Assembly: GCA_029953675.1 (NCBI GenBank)
Contig: JAMWBK010000005.1
Coordinates: forward strand, 2,542,001-2,606,000
Source of the DNA: Rhodosorus marinus CCMP1338
Lineage: Eukaryota > Plantae > Rhodophyta
Length of the DNA stretch: 64,000 nt
Direction of reading: 5' to 3'
In this document: positions 1-10,844 of the stretch, piece by piece
Position numbering within the stretch: the first letter of the stretch is position 1
Layout: every line of letters begins with the position of its first letter
Position numbers and translations under genes: made by a program
Notes under the pieces: generated by a model
What the model was told of the DNA's origin: nothing
Databases searched by the model: none
Seen by the model: only the letters and a program-made list of their open reading frames with translations

Positions 1-611
1 TTCATTTTGGACGGTTTCGATTTTTTTTTTTTTCTTGCTCGACTCACATCCCCAAGATGTCATCCGATGGAAACGGGGTAACACGTCCCGACACTAGACT
101 ACCCTCTACCAAAAACTGATTAAAAGAGGAAACACCAGCGATTGCGACAGCCCTCTCGGTGAACAATTGAATTTCTAAACAATTCGTGAAGATGTCGTAT
201 AGCTTTTTTCTTCCGTTCAGAATTTTGTTTTGTTTTGTTTAAATTTTTTTCACACCCTCTTAAAATTGGCCCTAAAAACGAAGGATCAGCTGATCCAAAT
301 GTTCCCATTTTGCTTGCCCCAATAAAAATTTGGAAATTCAAAATGTGTGTAGATTGGGATATCATTGTCGAAGAGGTTGGGAAGGATGAATTTTCCATGA
401 CGAAATGGGGTTTTGGGGGGGTTTGTACACTGGAGTATATAAGCGAACAGACTTGGTCTGGATGAGGAGGAGGAGTCGGTGGGGCGATAGGAAAGGAGGA
501 GCTCAGGATTAGATTCCTCAAGGATAAGAGTCTGTTTTTTTGGAAAAGGGGGTGGGGGTGTGGGTGTAGGTACTGCTGTGGAATTTACTTTATTGAACCT
601 TTTTTGTCAGG

Positions 612-2598
612 ATGATTGGGTTTGTAGGAGGACAGGTGCCGGCGGGGTACAGCGGTCATGGGAAACGGGTCGTTTCTGGACGCTGTAGGAGTATACGGAA
701 GGTTTCGATGGAGCCTGTAGAGAAGATTGGCGTTTCTGATGTATCGGGACTGAATAGCATCCCTGAAGAGATCTGGGAGAGGGCACTGGGCGGGAGCAAG
801 TTTGAGAAGGTTAAGGCCGAGAAGGATGGTAGTGAAATGTGGAAGGAAATCTACGTATATGCGGAGAAAGTAAGGAATGGGGAGATTACATATCAGGATA
901 TTGACTCGGATGACTTGAACATCAGGTACAAGTGGGCAGGCCTCTTCCATCGGCCGAAGGCCACTCCTGGAAGGTTCATGAGCAGGCTGAAGGTCCCGAA
1001 TGGCATCCTCAACTCTGAACAGTTGAGATTTTTCGGTGAATTTATCGGAAGATACGGTGATGATGGCTGCGGTGATATCACGACGAGGATGAACATTCAA
1101 TTGCGGGGTATTGTCGTAGAGGATGCTGGAGACCTAGTCGACGGCCTGAATGCTGTGGGTCTGACCAACATCCAGAGTGGCATGGACAACGTTAGAAATC
1201 TTGTCGGATCTCCAATTGCAGGCATCGATCCGCACGAGATGTTTGACACGAGAGAAATCTGCAAGGACATTGACAACTACATCACGGGTGATAGGAAGGG
1301 TAACAAGGAAATCACCAACCTTCCCCGAAAATTCAACATCTGTGTGTCTGGATCACGAGACGACTTTGCGCACACTCACATCAACGACATTGGACTGAAG
1401 CCAATGAAGAATGAGGAAGGTGTCATGGGATTCAATGTCGACATTGGTGGATACTTCTCCTCAAAGAGGGCGGCCCATTCAATTTCAATGGATGTGTGGG
1501 TCCACCCGGATGACGTCGTCGCTTTCTGCAGGGCAATGCTTCTTGTGTTCCGAGACAACGGCGAACGTAAGGATCGGCAAAAGTCTAGAATGATGTGGCT
1601 TGTGGAGAAGTGGGGTTTGGAGAAATTCCGTTCTACCGTGGAGGAAAGGATGGGAAAGACACTGGCCCGGGAGGCAAAGGCTGGACCTGAGTTCGACACC
1701 CCTTTCCCACGTCGGGACGTGCTGGGCGTGCACCCACAGAAACAGGTTAGCATTTCTCAGAAAGATGTTCAAAGCCGTGTTCTATGGTGTTCTCATCAAT
1801 CTTTCTGTTGTGCTTTTGGCCGGACTCGCAGGAGGGATATTCTTGGGTTGGGTGCCGGGTTCCAGTTGGACGGCTTTTTGCCAAAGATTTCTTCGAAATG
1901 GCTGATGTGGCGGACAAATACTCGGACGGTGAAATGAGACTGACTGTAGAACAAGGCATAATCTTCCCCAACGTGAAGAATGAGGAACTGGATACTATCC
2001 TAGCCGAGCCACTACTCAAGCGCTTCAGCCCGGTCGCTGGAAATGTCACCAGGGGGCTTGTGGCCTGCACTGGGTCTCAATTCTGCCCTCAAGGCATCGT
2101 TGACACCAAGGGGAGGGCTGTTCGCATTGCTGATCTGCTCGAAGAAGAGCTGGACATTCCGGAACTGGTAAGCAGAATCACCTCAGTACCGTTGTCAGCC
2201 CCGCGGCAAGCGCTAATCGTTACCTTCGCTGTTTTCCCCAAGGTTCGAATGCACTGGACGGGATGCCCAAATTCATGCGCCCAGGTGCAGGTCGCTGACA
2301 TTGGTTTGATGGGTGCGAAGGCGAGAATTCCCGGCGTCAAGGGCCCGGTCGATGGCGTAGATATCTACCTCGGTGGAAAGATTGGAGAGGTGGGTTTCAA
2401 TGGAAATACCAAGGATTCTGCCTTCTTCTCAGCACTGTGGAGGCTCTGGTTAACCCGTGTTTCTTGGTCCTCCCATGACAGAATACCGAACTCGGAACGT
2501 TGTACAAAAAGGGAGTCCCGGCTGAGCCAGAGTTTCTCATTCCCGCGCTGAAAGAAATTATGATCGAGCGATTTAACTGCACGGAGAAGAAGTCCTAA
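612..2598 (+). CDS. nirA: Ferredoxin-nitrite reductase, plastid-targeted (4 exons: 612-1745, 1832-2167, 2243-2389, 2482-2598)
   Basis: NiR/SiR motifs RKFNICVSG, DITTRMNIQLRG, ACTGSQFC and MHWTGCPNSCAQVQVADIG (siroheme/4Fe-4S Cys). Three GT-AG introns restore one frame ending EKKS*. N-terminus MIGFVGG resembles a transit peptide. Confidence 0.95.
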
Positions 2599-3064
2599 AT
2601 AAACTACCAGAAGATAATTCTAATGATGGAAAAAGTTTTTGGTGACCAAACAAGTGCACAGCTGCATGTCTGTTAGCGACCAACATAGACCTTGCTAATA
2701 TTTCCGGGCCAAGTACTCCCCGTTAGTGAGGAGGTGTGAAAGTTCAGGATTTTCCGCACTCGAAGGGTGGCCTGCTTGTCAGGATACAGAGTTACAGTAC
2801 CGCATCGATACCGCGATACCGGCTCTTAGCTTTGTTGAACAACTCGTAGAAAACTTTCAACAACGTCTCCAGGAAACGCTTTGGCCTATGCCTGCAGCGA
2901 GAAACGGCTGCTTTGTTTTGATGCTCGTCTGCGTTTCGCCGTTTCCTCCTCGCTGGTTTTGGGAACAGCCTTCAAAGCTTGGAGGGAGCTTCCCACGAGA
3001 AGCCTTTTCCTTGCATTTCTGTTTCTTGTGTTTTTAACTTAAGAGACGATTCTACACGGTTCGG

Positions 3065-4302
3065 CTAAGCAACCATAGCAAGCGACGATTTCCTGGGGAT
3101 GCTGGACACCGTCGAAGGTAGCTTAATCCAGAGGGGTGAGCTCTTGCTTGACTTGGGCTTGACCATCTCCAGGGCATTCAACCGATCCTCCACAACCTCT
3201 CCCAAAACCTTTGCACTGTCAACCAGAGTACATACCGACGGCTGGCTAAACAGCCTTCTCGCGTCCACGACATAAATTCCATCGACAGACTTTTCCAAAA
3301 GCTTTCGGAGCTCCGGACTTAACCTCTGAATGCGCTTAATCTGTCGTCGAGGCGAAAGACATATACCGCTTGCGTGAGAAGAGGATAAAGGAGACAACGT
3401 AACACGATTCACGTCGATTAAACGCGCTCTCCAGAAACCACTCTCTCACCTCGTTTACTGAACCTTCGATGGAGAGACCACAAAGACAGAGAATCACGAT
3501 GTCCGGATTTTCCTTGTTCATCTCACTCCAAGTTACAGCTTTCGATGGTTCTCCAGGACGACAAAATAGACTTCTTCCACCGGCATATCGGACCAATTCG
3601 GGGGTCCATGCTCCGCTAACATACAAAGGCTCCAACCACTGCAACGTCACGACTGAGGGGATTCGACGAGCCACGTCTCGATTGGCAATGTTTTGCAATC
3701 TACGAGCGAGTGAGATTTGGGGATGAGCTACACGTGGAGGCGTAGTTTCTAAAAAGGGCATGTTCGGCTTTCCATGCTTACCTTGTTTGATAATCTCTCA
3801 CATAATCGAGACCCATGTCAGGGATTCCCACTACTTGAGCAATTTCCTTCGTGAGCTTGAAGGTTTGCGCCATACTATAGGGATTAAAGTTAATTATCTC
3901 AACTTCCTTCCCATTGAGAAGCGCTCTCAAAGCCCAACGGATATCATCAAACCCAGCCATTTCACTATCATCCACTACAGTCACAACCACATCCGGGTCC
4001 AGACTAGCCAATACTTCCGGCTCCGTCCAGAAGTAACTACACAACCTCATCCGAACCAAAGCCACCTCCTCCCGAGCCCCACCTTCCAATCCATACAACA
4101 TACCCTCCGAACACGAAACATTAAATAGAGCAGAAATCTCCTCAGACGTCAATCCCTCCTCATCAAACTTTGCCCTAGTCACAACCTTCACCCCGCTCAT
4201 CTCCCAATCAGATCCATGAGATACCCCAACAATATTCCTCAGACACCCAAGCTCAATCAATGTCTCAGTACCAGCAGGTACCAAAGATACTACCCTCTTC
4301 AT
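3065..4302 (-). CDS. BtuF-like cobalamin/iron-chelate substrate-binding protein (3 exons: 4302-3782, 3699-3450, 3340-3065)
   Basis: Motifs RVVSLVPAGTETLIELG..IVGVSH, WLEPLYVSGAWTPELVRYAGG, ENPDIVILCLCG and IYVVDARRLFSQPS..LVDSAKVL match the pattern of bacterial type III periplasmic-binding proteins. Two GT-AG introns join the three ORF pieces in frame. Confidence 0.8.
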
Positions 4303-4726
4303 CTCTCTTCACATTCACTACTACTCAAAACACATACAACAATCCCTTACTCATCCATCTAACACTTCCCACGTCCCCCCTCCCTCCCCCCCAAACACCT
4401 TTTGAGAAGGTCACCCAATCCCCCTCCCCTTCATTCAACAGTTCCAACGCCCGAGGAGCGGGCCAAATTCCCCCCTCTCACCCAATCTCTCCAATCCTCT
4501 ACTACTTCAATGAAACAACTTATTACCCACTCTTTTGCTACTGCTACAGAAACGTAAAACAAGCATTGCTCACCTATTGGGAATATTGGGAGCAAAATAG
4601 CGGCCGGGTTCGTGGCCGTGCGAAGGTTAGATTGAGATTTGATCTCATTTTAGTTTCTTTTTTGTTTTTAGTACTTGGATGAACGTTGATTGTATTTTTG
4701 TTGTTTTTAGATGAAAGTGGTTATCG

Positions 4727-5090
4727 TGAATTATCTTAATTTTTGGATTTTAATGCGTGTTTTTTGGGGCGGTATTGCCGAGAGGGGTTGTTCTGAATTA
4801 TTTTTAATTTTTTGATGGTTAATTGGGTGGTTTTTGGTGCAGTTTAGATGAGAGTGTTGTTTTGAATTATTTTTAATTTTTGGATGGTCAATTTGGGGTG
4901 CTTTTGAGAGTTTTTTTTTTGGGGGGCGGGGGCATTTGAAGGCTTTGGAAGGAACTTCGGTAACTTGTTGAGGTGAGAGTGGTTATTGTGAATTATTTTA
5001 CTTTTTGGATGGTTATTTAGGCTGTTTTGGGGTGCGGGGGAGGAGGGGAGGGCATTAGAAGGCTTTGGTAGGAACTCTGGTAACTTGTTA
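4727..5090. repeat. Degenerate tandem repeat: four copies of TGAATTAT(T/C)TT(T)A(A/C)TTTTTGGAT plus two copies of GGCATT(T/A)GAAGGCTTTGG..GGTAACTTGTT
   Basis: Core copies near 4727, 4794, 4863 and 4989. The longer GC-rich unit occurs near 4931 and 5051. Confidence 0.7.
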
Positions 5091-6503
5091 GTCATCCACT
5101 TTCATTCAGTTCCGCCATAGCTACTGTGTTCCAGAGAGTCTTGGTGGCGAGTAGTGCCGAAGGGAGGTTCACTGTAAGAATTTATGATGTAGTTTGCGGA
5201 ATGGTACAGTGGTACAGTTGAAAGGATTTGGTTGTGGACGATGTCAATTGTGAAACCTTTTGGGAAGCGCCTGGGTCAAGTTTGTTCTGTGATAAAAAGT
5301 CCAGTTACCAATCAGAGGTCGTTTGAAAGGAACTCGAGACTTCCATGGCGATAATTGGGTACATGGCTCCTGATCGGTTTTACCCTTATTAGGCGGGGTG
5401 ACGCCTTTGCCGTTGGGCATAACGGGGAGACTTGGGTGTTTGGCTGCTCCCAAACTCATGGTGGATGTGGTGCCCGAGTCGATCAGAGACTGAGTTGCTT
5501 GGCCTTTTGTTTTCTGCCGGAGGCATTTAAGCCATGCGGGGAAGTCTGCAACGGAATCTCAGCATCTTGCTCATAGTTCAGCTGACTCCAGCGAGTCAGT
5601 CGGAGCAAACCAAACGCTCGAAGAATGAGGATCGATAGGCTCAATCTATTCGGCACGAACAGTCGTTTTGAATCTATAGGAACATACGCCTCTTCGAGCA
5701 CGACGGCTGGGGGCATGCTCCAAGTGCTGTCTTGGAAGCTGCGAGGAACATTCCGGAGCACGCTCAGGCTAGGCCTTTGTCCCCGCACTTGACTTTCTTG
5801 GGGCTACATCTCTTGAAGTGCTACAGACAGACCATATCCAAGATCTACGTGTGCACAACTGGGCCGGAAATGCAGCCCATTGCTTCTTCTCGCTGAAAAT
5901 TCCCGGAGCTCCTGCGACGGACCAAGAAGCCACATACTCTACTACCTGTACAGCTGCATGACAGTGCTGGAAAAGCCCTGGGAGGTTTGAAAGCAAGACT
6001 CAAAAGATTCGTTCATAATACGGTAAGCGTGCGCTCCGATAGAGCAACCTGGTGTCCGCCTATCTGCTACAGCTATTTCACGGGAAGCACGGCACGACGG
6101 TGACGGCGGAGCCTATTTCGGGCACCGAAGAAAACTGAATCCTGCAATACGTCAAACCGGATGGTACCATCCAGGCATAAGTTCGCCTAGAGCCCAGAGG
6201 TCTTGGAGTCATCATCAGGATTAGCTAAATCCGTCAGGGGCGGGTCTCAGGCACTAGGTCGCGGTATGGACAAAAGAAAAGTGCAATGCGCAATATCTTG
6301 CTGATGCACAAATAGATCAGCCAGAGCTCACTTGTGGGAACGCCCCCGCCTGGGGATACCAACCCAAGAGAAGGGACCCGTCGCATCCCCTGCACAACGT
6401 GGTTCCTGTCAATGACCTACCGAACCATTTATATTCCCCCTATCCGTTGCCAGCCCAGGACACGAGGGGTGGAGCTGAATGAACCAAGGCTCCAAATCGT
6501 TCA

Positions 6504-6850
6504 AGAGGCGGCTTTCGCGATCGCTTGCAGGAGCATATCACGACAAGAGTTAAAGAGGCGGATCCTGTGCTTCCCTCTGCCGATAGGCGGAACAAACTCT
6601 GCCTCACGATAATCGTTGAGAGGTGGATTTCGTGAGATCCCTTGTAGCAACATGACAATCGTTGAGAGGAGGATTTCGTGAGATCCCTTGTAGCAGCATG
6701 ACAATCATTGTGGAGGCGGATTTCGTGATCCCTTGCGGCAGCACGATGATCGCTAAAGAGGCGGTTGGACCGCGTGATCTCTTGCGGATGCTTGCACGAA
6801 AAACGTTCAAGGAGGCGGATCCTGTGCCTGCCGCTGCCGAATAGAGGCGG
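6504..6850. repeat. 46-bp minisatellite: two near-identical units plus degenerate flanking copies
   Basis: AATCGTTGAGAGG(T/A)GGATTTCGTGAGATCCCTTGTAGCA(A/G)CATGAC at 6611-6656 and 6657-6702. Decayed copies follow from 6703. GAGGCGGATCCTGTGC occurs on both flanks (about 6556 and 6812). Confidence 0.85.
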
Positions 6851-8142
6851 AATAAATGCTTTCAATCATCTCGCCGGCTATAAGTATCCAAATCGTAGGC
6901 TTGGTTCCCCGCATGACCTACGCTCGAAATTCGTAGACACTTTCCGACGACAATCAGAGGTGCTTGCTTGAGATCTCATCTTACACACCCCTTTCTAAGA
7001 TTAGGACGAAAAATTGCCGCTTCTCCGCATGGAACGACGTCAGGAAATCGAGGAAGGAGTGCGGAAGTCTGTCATCGCATCTCCAAACAATCTTTCGATA
7101 TGGTAAAAACAAACAAAAACTAATTAGCAACAACAACGACCCCGCGAGCAAATTGATCAATTGGTTTTTTGCAATACGAAAACAAGAATCTTCTGTCGAA
7201 ATAATATTAAAAAAACTCGGAGCAAATTATTCAACAGAGATCAGAAAGCGAAAAAGCAAAACAAAATATCCGTCCACATTAAAAAAAATCCCGAGCAATT
7301 GGAGCCTATTATTATCTAAATAATATAAATTATGACGGCTTCTACGGTTAAAATCATGTGATTACTTTATTATTCAAATTTTATGGACTATTCTAGGGTG
7401 TAGGAAGTTCCTAGGTTTATGGCTATTGGAAAGCCAAAGACGTAATTTTTCGAAATTATAATAGAATTCGGCGGAATGGGATTTCGGCACCGAGAAACGT
7501 TGTAACCGCTCGTTCTGAGCTCATTTCGCGCTGCTGCTCCCAGATACATGCTGAACGTATATGATCTAGTTTATTGTATATAGTGAAGCATTTATTCAAT
7601 CTTCGAACGGAATAAATTCGGTGCTCGGTTACAAAAATGAAAGTAAAAACGAGATTTAGGCTCTCGTGGGAACGGTTTATACGGTACTTGAAGAAGAATC
7701 CAAAGATCGCAAAAATTTTGTTCACATTTTGGACAGTCACCCTTGTCTCTAGGTGTGCTTGATACGATTCACCCCCCCAAACGCAAAAAATGATGAGCAA
7801 TCATAGACGAGTTTATAAGGGGTATATTTCATTAGATAAACAAATGATATTATTGAATTAAGTTCATTAAAGGGAGGTTCAGTATACTCTGAAGGGGAGG
7901 GGTTTGGATTAAATTTTGACAAGTTGGGTTCAGGATTTTTTGGATGAGGGGTTGATTTTATATCGATGTTTCCGCAAGCGATGCAAAACAATGGGGTACG
8001 GTGTTTGGCTGTCAATATATATTGCATGCTCTGCCGAGCATAGCATGCCGTAACGAGCCTTGAGCGGGTCGACGCTCTGCGACAAGGATTGTGGGGTGCT
8101 GTGTAGTGTTGTGGAAAAAGGATTCTCTTTCAAACAGGAAAA

Positions 8143-8968
8143 ATGGCATTTGTATCGGCTTTCTCCGTTGCTGCTTCAAAGCAGAGCTCGTTCGCTGGAT
8201 GCAGCGTGAGCACCAAGGTAAGCGCGTTTTTCCGCGTGACATGAAAGAACCCCGGGACCCCTTAAGGAGAGAGTTTGAAGCTTCGGGAATTGATCATTTA
8301 GTCCTCGTTTTTGGTTAGGCTGTCGCACCGACTGCAAAATGGACCATGCAGAAGTCTCAGGCCATTCCGTTCTTGGATCGCCCCAAGAAACTTGACGGAA
8401 GCATGCCTGGAGATGTTGGCTTTGATCCGTTTGGTTTCTCTGAGGGCATCAGCTTGATCTGGCTGCGTGAGGCTGAGATCAAGCACGCCCGTATCTGCAT
8501 GCTTGCTGTCCTCGGATTCATCGTCCAGGAGTTCTACACTTTCCCGTTCTATTCTGGAGCCCCGAAGGCACCAGTTGCGGCTCATGGTGAGAGAAGAGTT
8601 CCAACGACGTGGCTGGATAAAACGTTTGATGCCTTGGAGAACTCACTGTATTCTTTTTTTTTTGTGCAGAGTACTTCGTTAACTTCGGTTCTCTTGGACA
8701 GATCCTCCTTTTCACGTCTGCGTTCGAGGCCATCGTTGGATTCCCGGCGGTCGTCCAGTCTGTTAACGGAGGCTCCCGCAAGCCCGGAGAGTTCGGATTC
8801 GATCCGCTCGGTTTGTGCAAATCTGATGCACAATTCAAGAAATACTCTGAGGCCGAGTTGGTCAACGGCCGCCTTTGCATGATTGCGATCGGAGGGTTTG
8901 TCCACCAGTACTGGCTCACAAAGATGGGCGTCGTAGAGCAGATCTTGAATGGAAAGTTCCTTCCATAA
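8143..8968 (+). CDS. Lhcr: Light-harvesting chlorophyll a-binding protein, red-algal Lhcr family (exons 8143-8217, 8319-8586, 8670-8968)
   Basis: [39 protein letters not shown] and [16 protein letters not shown]. Transit peptide MAFVSAFS. Two GT-AG introns. Confidence 0.95.
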
Positions 8969-10400
8969 AGGGACCCCAGTTACCTATCACTAAATCAAGG
9001 AACTACGATTAGAGTTGTACTGTTAGAAAGCCCTTCATGCCCACCATCCTCCGCGTCCTCCAACCCTATATATAGTGCCGATTATATTGAATCTGTCGCT
9101 GGGATCAGGCCCCTTCAGCTTCTCGCGTGAAGTAGCTCAGGGTGTCAAGCTCGTGGCCTGAAGCAAAACCCAAACCCAATTCTATCAGAAGAACTCACGG
9201 AATCCCAGATTTAGATCCGATTATACAAAAAATCCCAGAAAATCCGAAAGTATGCTCGCCAGGCCTTCATGCCGTGATACCACAACACAAACTGCACCAT
9301 GAGCATGGTGCGGTTTATGTTGTTTACGGAATCAGAATTTGATACGGGGCCAAAATCGATCAAAACACTATTTTTCGATCTGCGTGCATGTTTTAAGAGT
9401 TTACTATCCTGTTTTGGTAGCCGTATTGCAGTGGACGTTTCTCTTCTCCCGTGCTCTGCTGGCCGCTGATGGTGAGTCATCAAGTAGCGCTACATAAACC
9501 AACTATCGTCTGGAAAACTACGTTAGCCTAGGGTTAGTGCTTCTCTTGCTGCTCCCGCATGATTTAACGCTGAAGGTAAGCCCAGCTCAGCACAGACCTG
9601 CTTGGATAAATGCCCAAATGTGCTTTCAAATCGGCACATTGATTGAGCCACTTAGAATGGAGCGAATGTCTCGGCTTCCTCAGTAGCCGGGTTATTCGTC
9701 TCCTGCACATAGGGCGGCATTCCCAGAACGAGCTTCGCCCCTCTCTCAATGGAAATCTCTGGTACAGCAATGCGCCAATGGCAGGAGTGTCTACATAGAT
9801 GATTCAGAATCCAAAAAACGAGACCGTGATCAAGAAGGTTTGCGGAAATTGCGCAGTCTCTCTACGTCTCCACGCCGTTTCTACTCATTTGCTCTATCAA
9901 ATTGATCTTCCTCCCTTTGGCGACGTACTTCGTCTGAACATTCACTAGCAGCTCCCTCAGGGGTTTCAACCCACTCTTCTCTTTCAATGCAGGCAACGAA
10001 ATCCAGTTCGGAGCCTTTGGGTATGTCCCGTGGAACGTACATTGTTTTATGGAACAGCAGCTCTGTTCATGAGGGAAGTCCGCATACCAAGCACAGAGAA
10101 GCAAATCATCCAGTCAACGGAAAGGCTGTCATAGTTAGATCGCTTTGACCCTCTTCCGGTTCGAGAAATATGCCTATCAGTCCTCAGACGCTCCCCTGAG
10201 CACGACCACTACTGCGTGTCAGGGTTGTCCAGAGCGCGATGATTGGGACATTTATCCATGCAGAAATTCTCAAGATTCAATTTCTTCTCTTTTAGCCGTC
10301 TCTTTTTTCCAACACCTCCCGACAACATCCAGCTCGCTCCCGCGCATTCCTCAAGACCATTTCCTCCCTACGGCCAAAACCCGCTCAAACCCGGGAAGGT

Positions 10401-10486
10401 CGGGGCGGGGGGGGGTGGGTAGTGAACGTGTAAAACTCTATCATCCTGAGTTTTACACGTTCACCACCCCCCCCCCCCCCGCCCCG
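10401..10486. repeat. Near-perfect inverted repeat (about 38-bp arms, 9-nt loop) with G/C homopolymer arms
   Basis: CGGGGCGGGGGGGGGTGGGTAGTGAACGTGTAAAACTC-tatcatcct-GAGTTTTACACGTTCACCACCCCCCCCCCCCCCGCCCCG, read directly from the sequence. Confidence 0.9.
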
Positions 10487-10844
10487 GCCCCGACGTCTCA
10501 GAATCGAATCGAACAACAACATCACAGACTCCCACAGAGAATAGTACAAGTTAGTACGATATTGTAGTACTAAAACGCGACCACGGTCGATTAGAATTCT
10601 CCTTTATATGGTACTTTTTTAAAGGATGTTTTTTGGAATCTGTGTGAAAAGGCATTTGGGGGATGGACGGCGGCATTGGGTTTTAAGGGACGATCGGGTG
10701 GACATCGAAAGTTCGGGAGGGACGCAGATGGATTGGGGTTTGATGGATTAAAGTAGTTCATCTGGATGTCTTGTTGATTTACAGTATTTTTGGAGGTGTT
10801 TGGATTGAGAAAACATTGCGTTTTGAGGTAGATTTTGTGCCGAG

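Noticed and set aside
585-1100. 171-aa minus-strand ORF (also 1376-1753, 47923-48579, 51233-51741, 54154-54630, 22883-23626)
   Set aside because: These are antisense shadows of well-supported genes with no recognisable motifs.
612-4302. Prokaryotic operon or contaminant (nirA + btuF-like + miaB are bacterial-type genes)
   Set aside because: All three carry spliceosomal introns, nirA and miaB have transit-peptide-like N-termini, and they are interspersed with eukaryote-specific genes (CCT, RPAP1, bZIP).
5350-5390. Protein kinase APE-like motif IGYMAPD
   Set aside because: It is an isolated short match flanked by stops, with no HRD, DFG or VAIK motifs nearby.
5483-5788. DPAGT1-like C-terminus (LSILILRAFGLLRL)
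   Set aside because: The resemblance is only superficial hydrophobic similarity, and no other GPT motifs are present.
6611-6760. CRISPR-like array
   Set aside because: The repeat units are contiguous with no unique spacers, there are no cas genes, and the context is eukaryotic.
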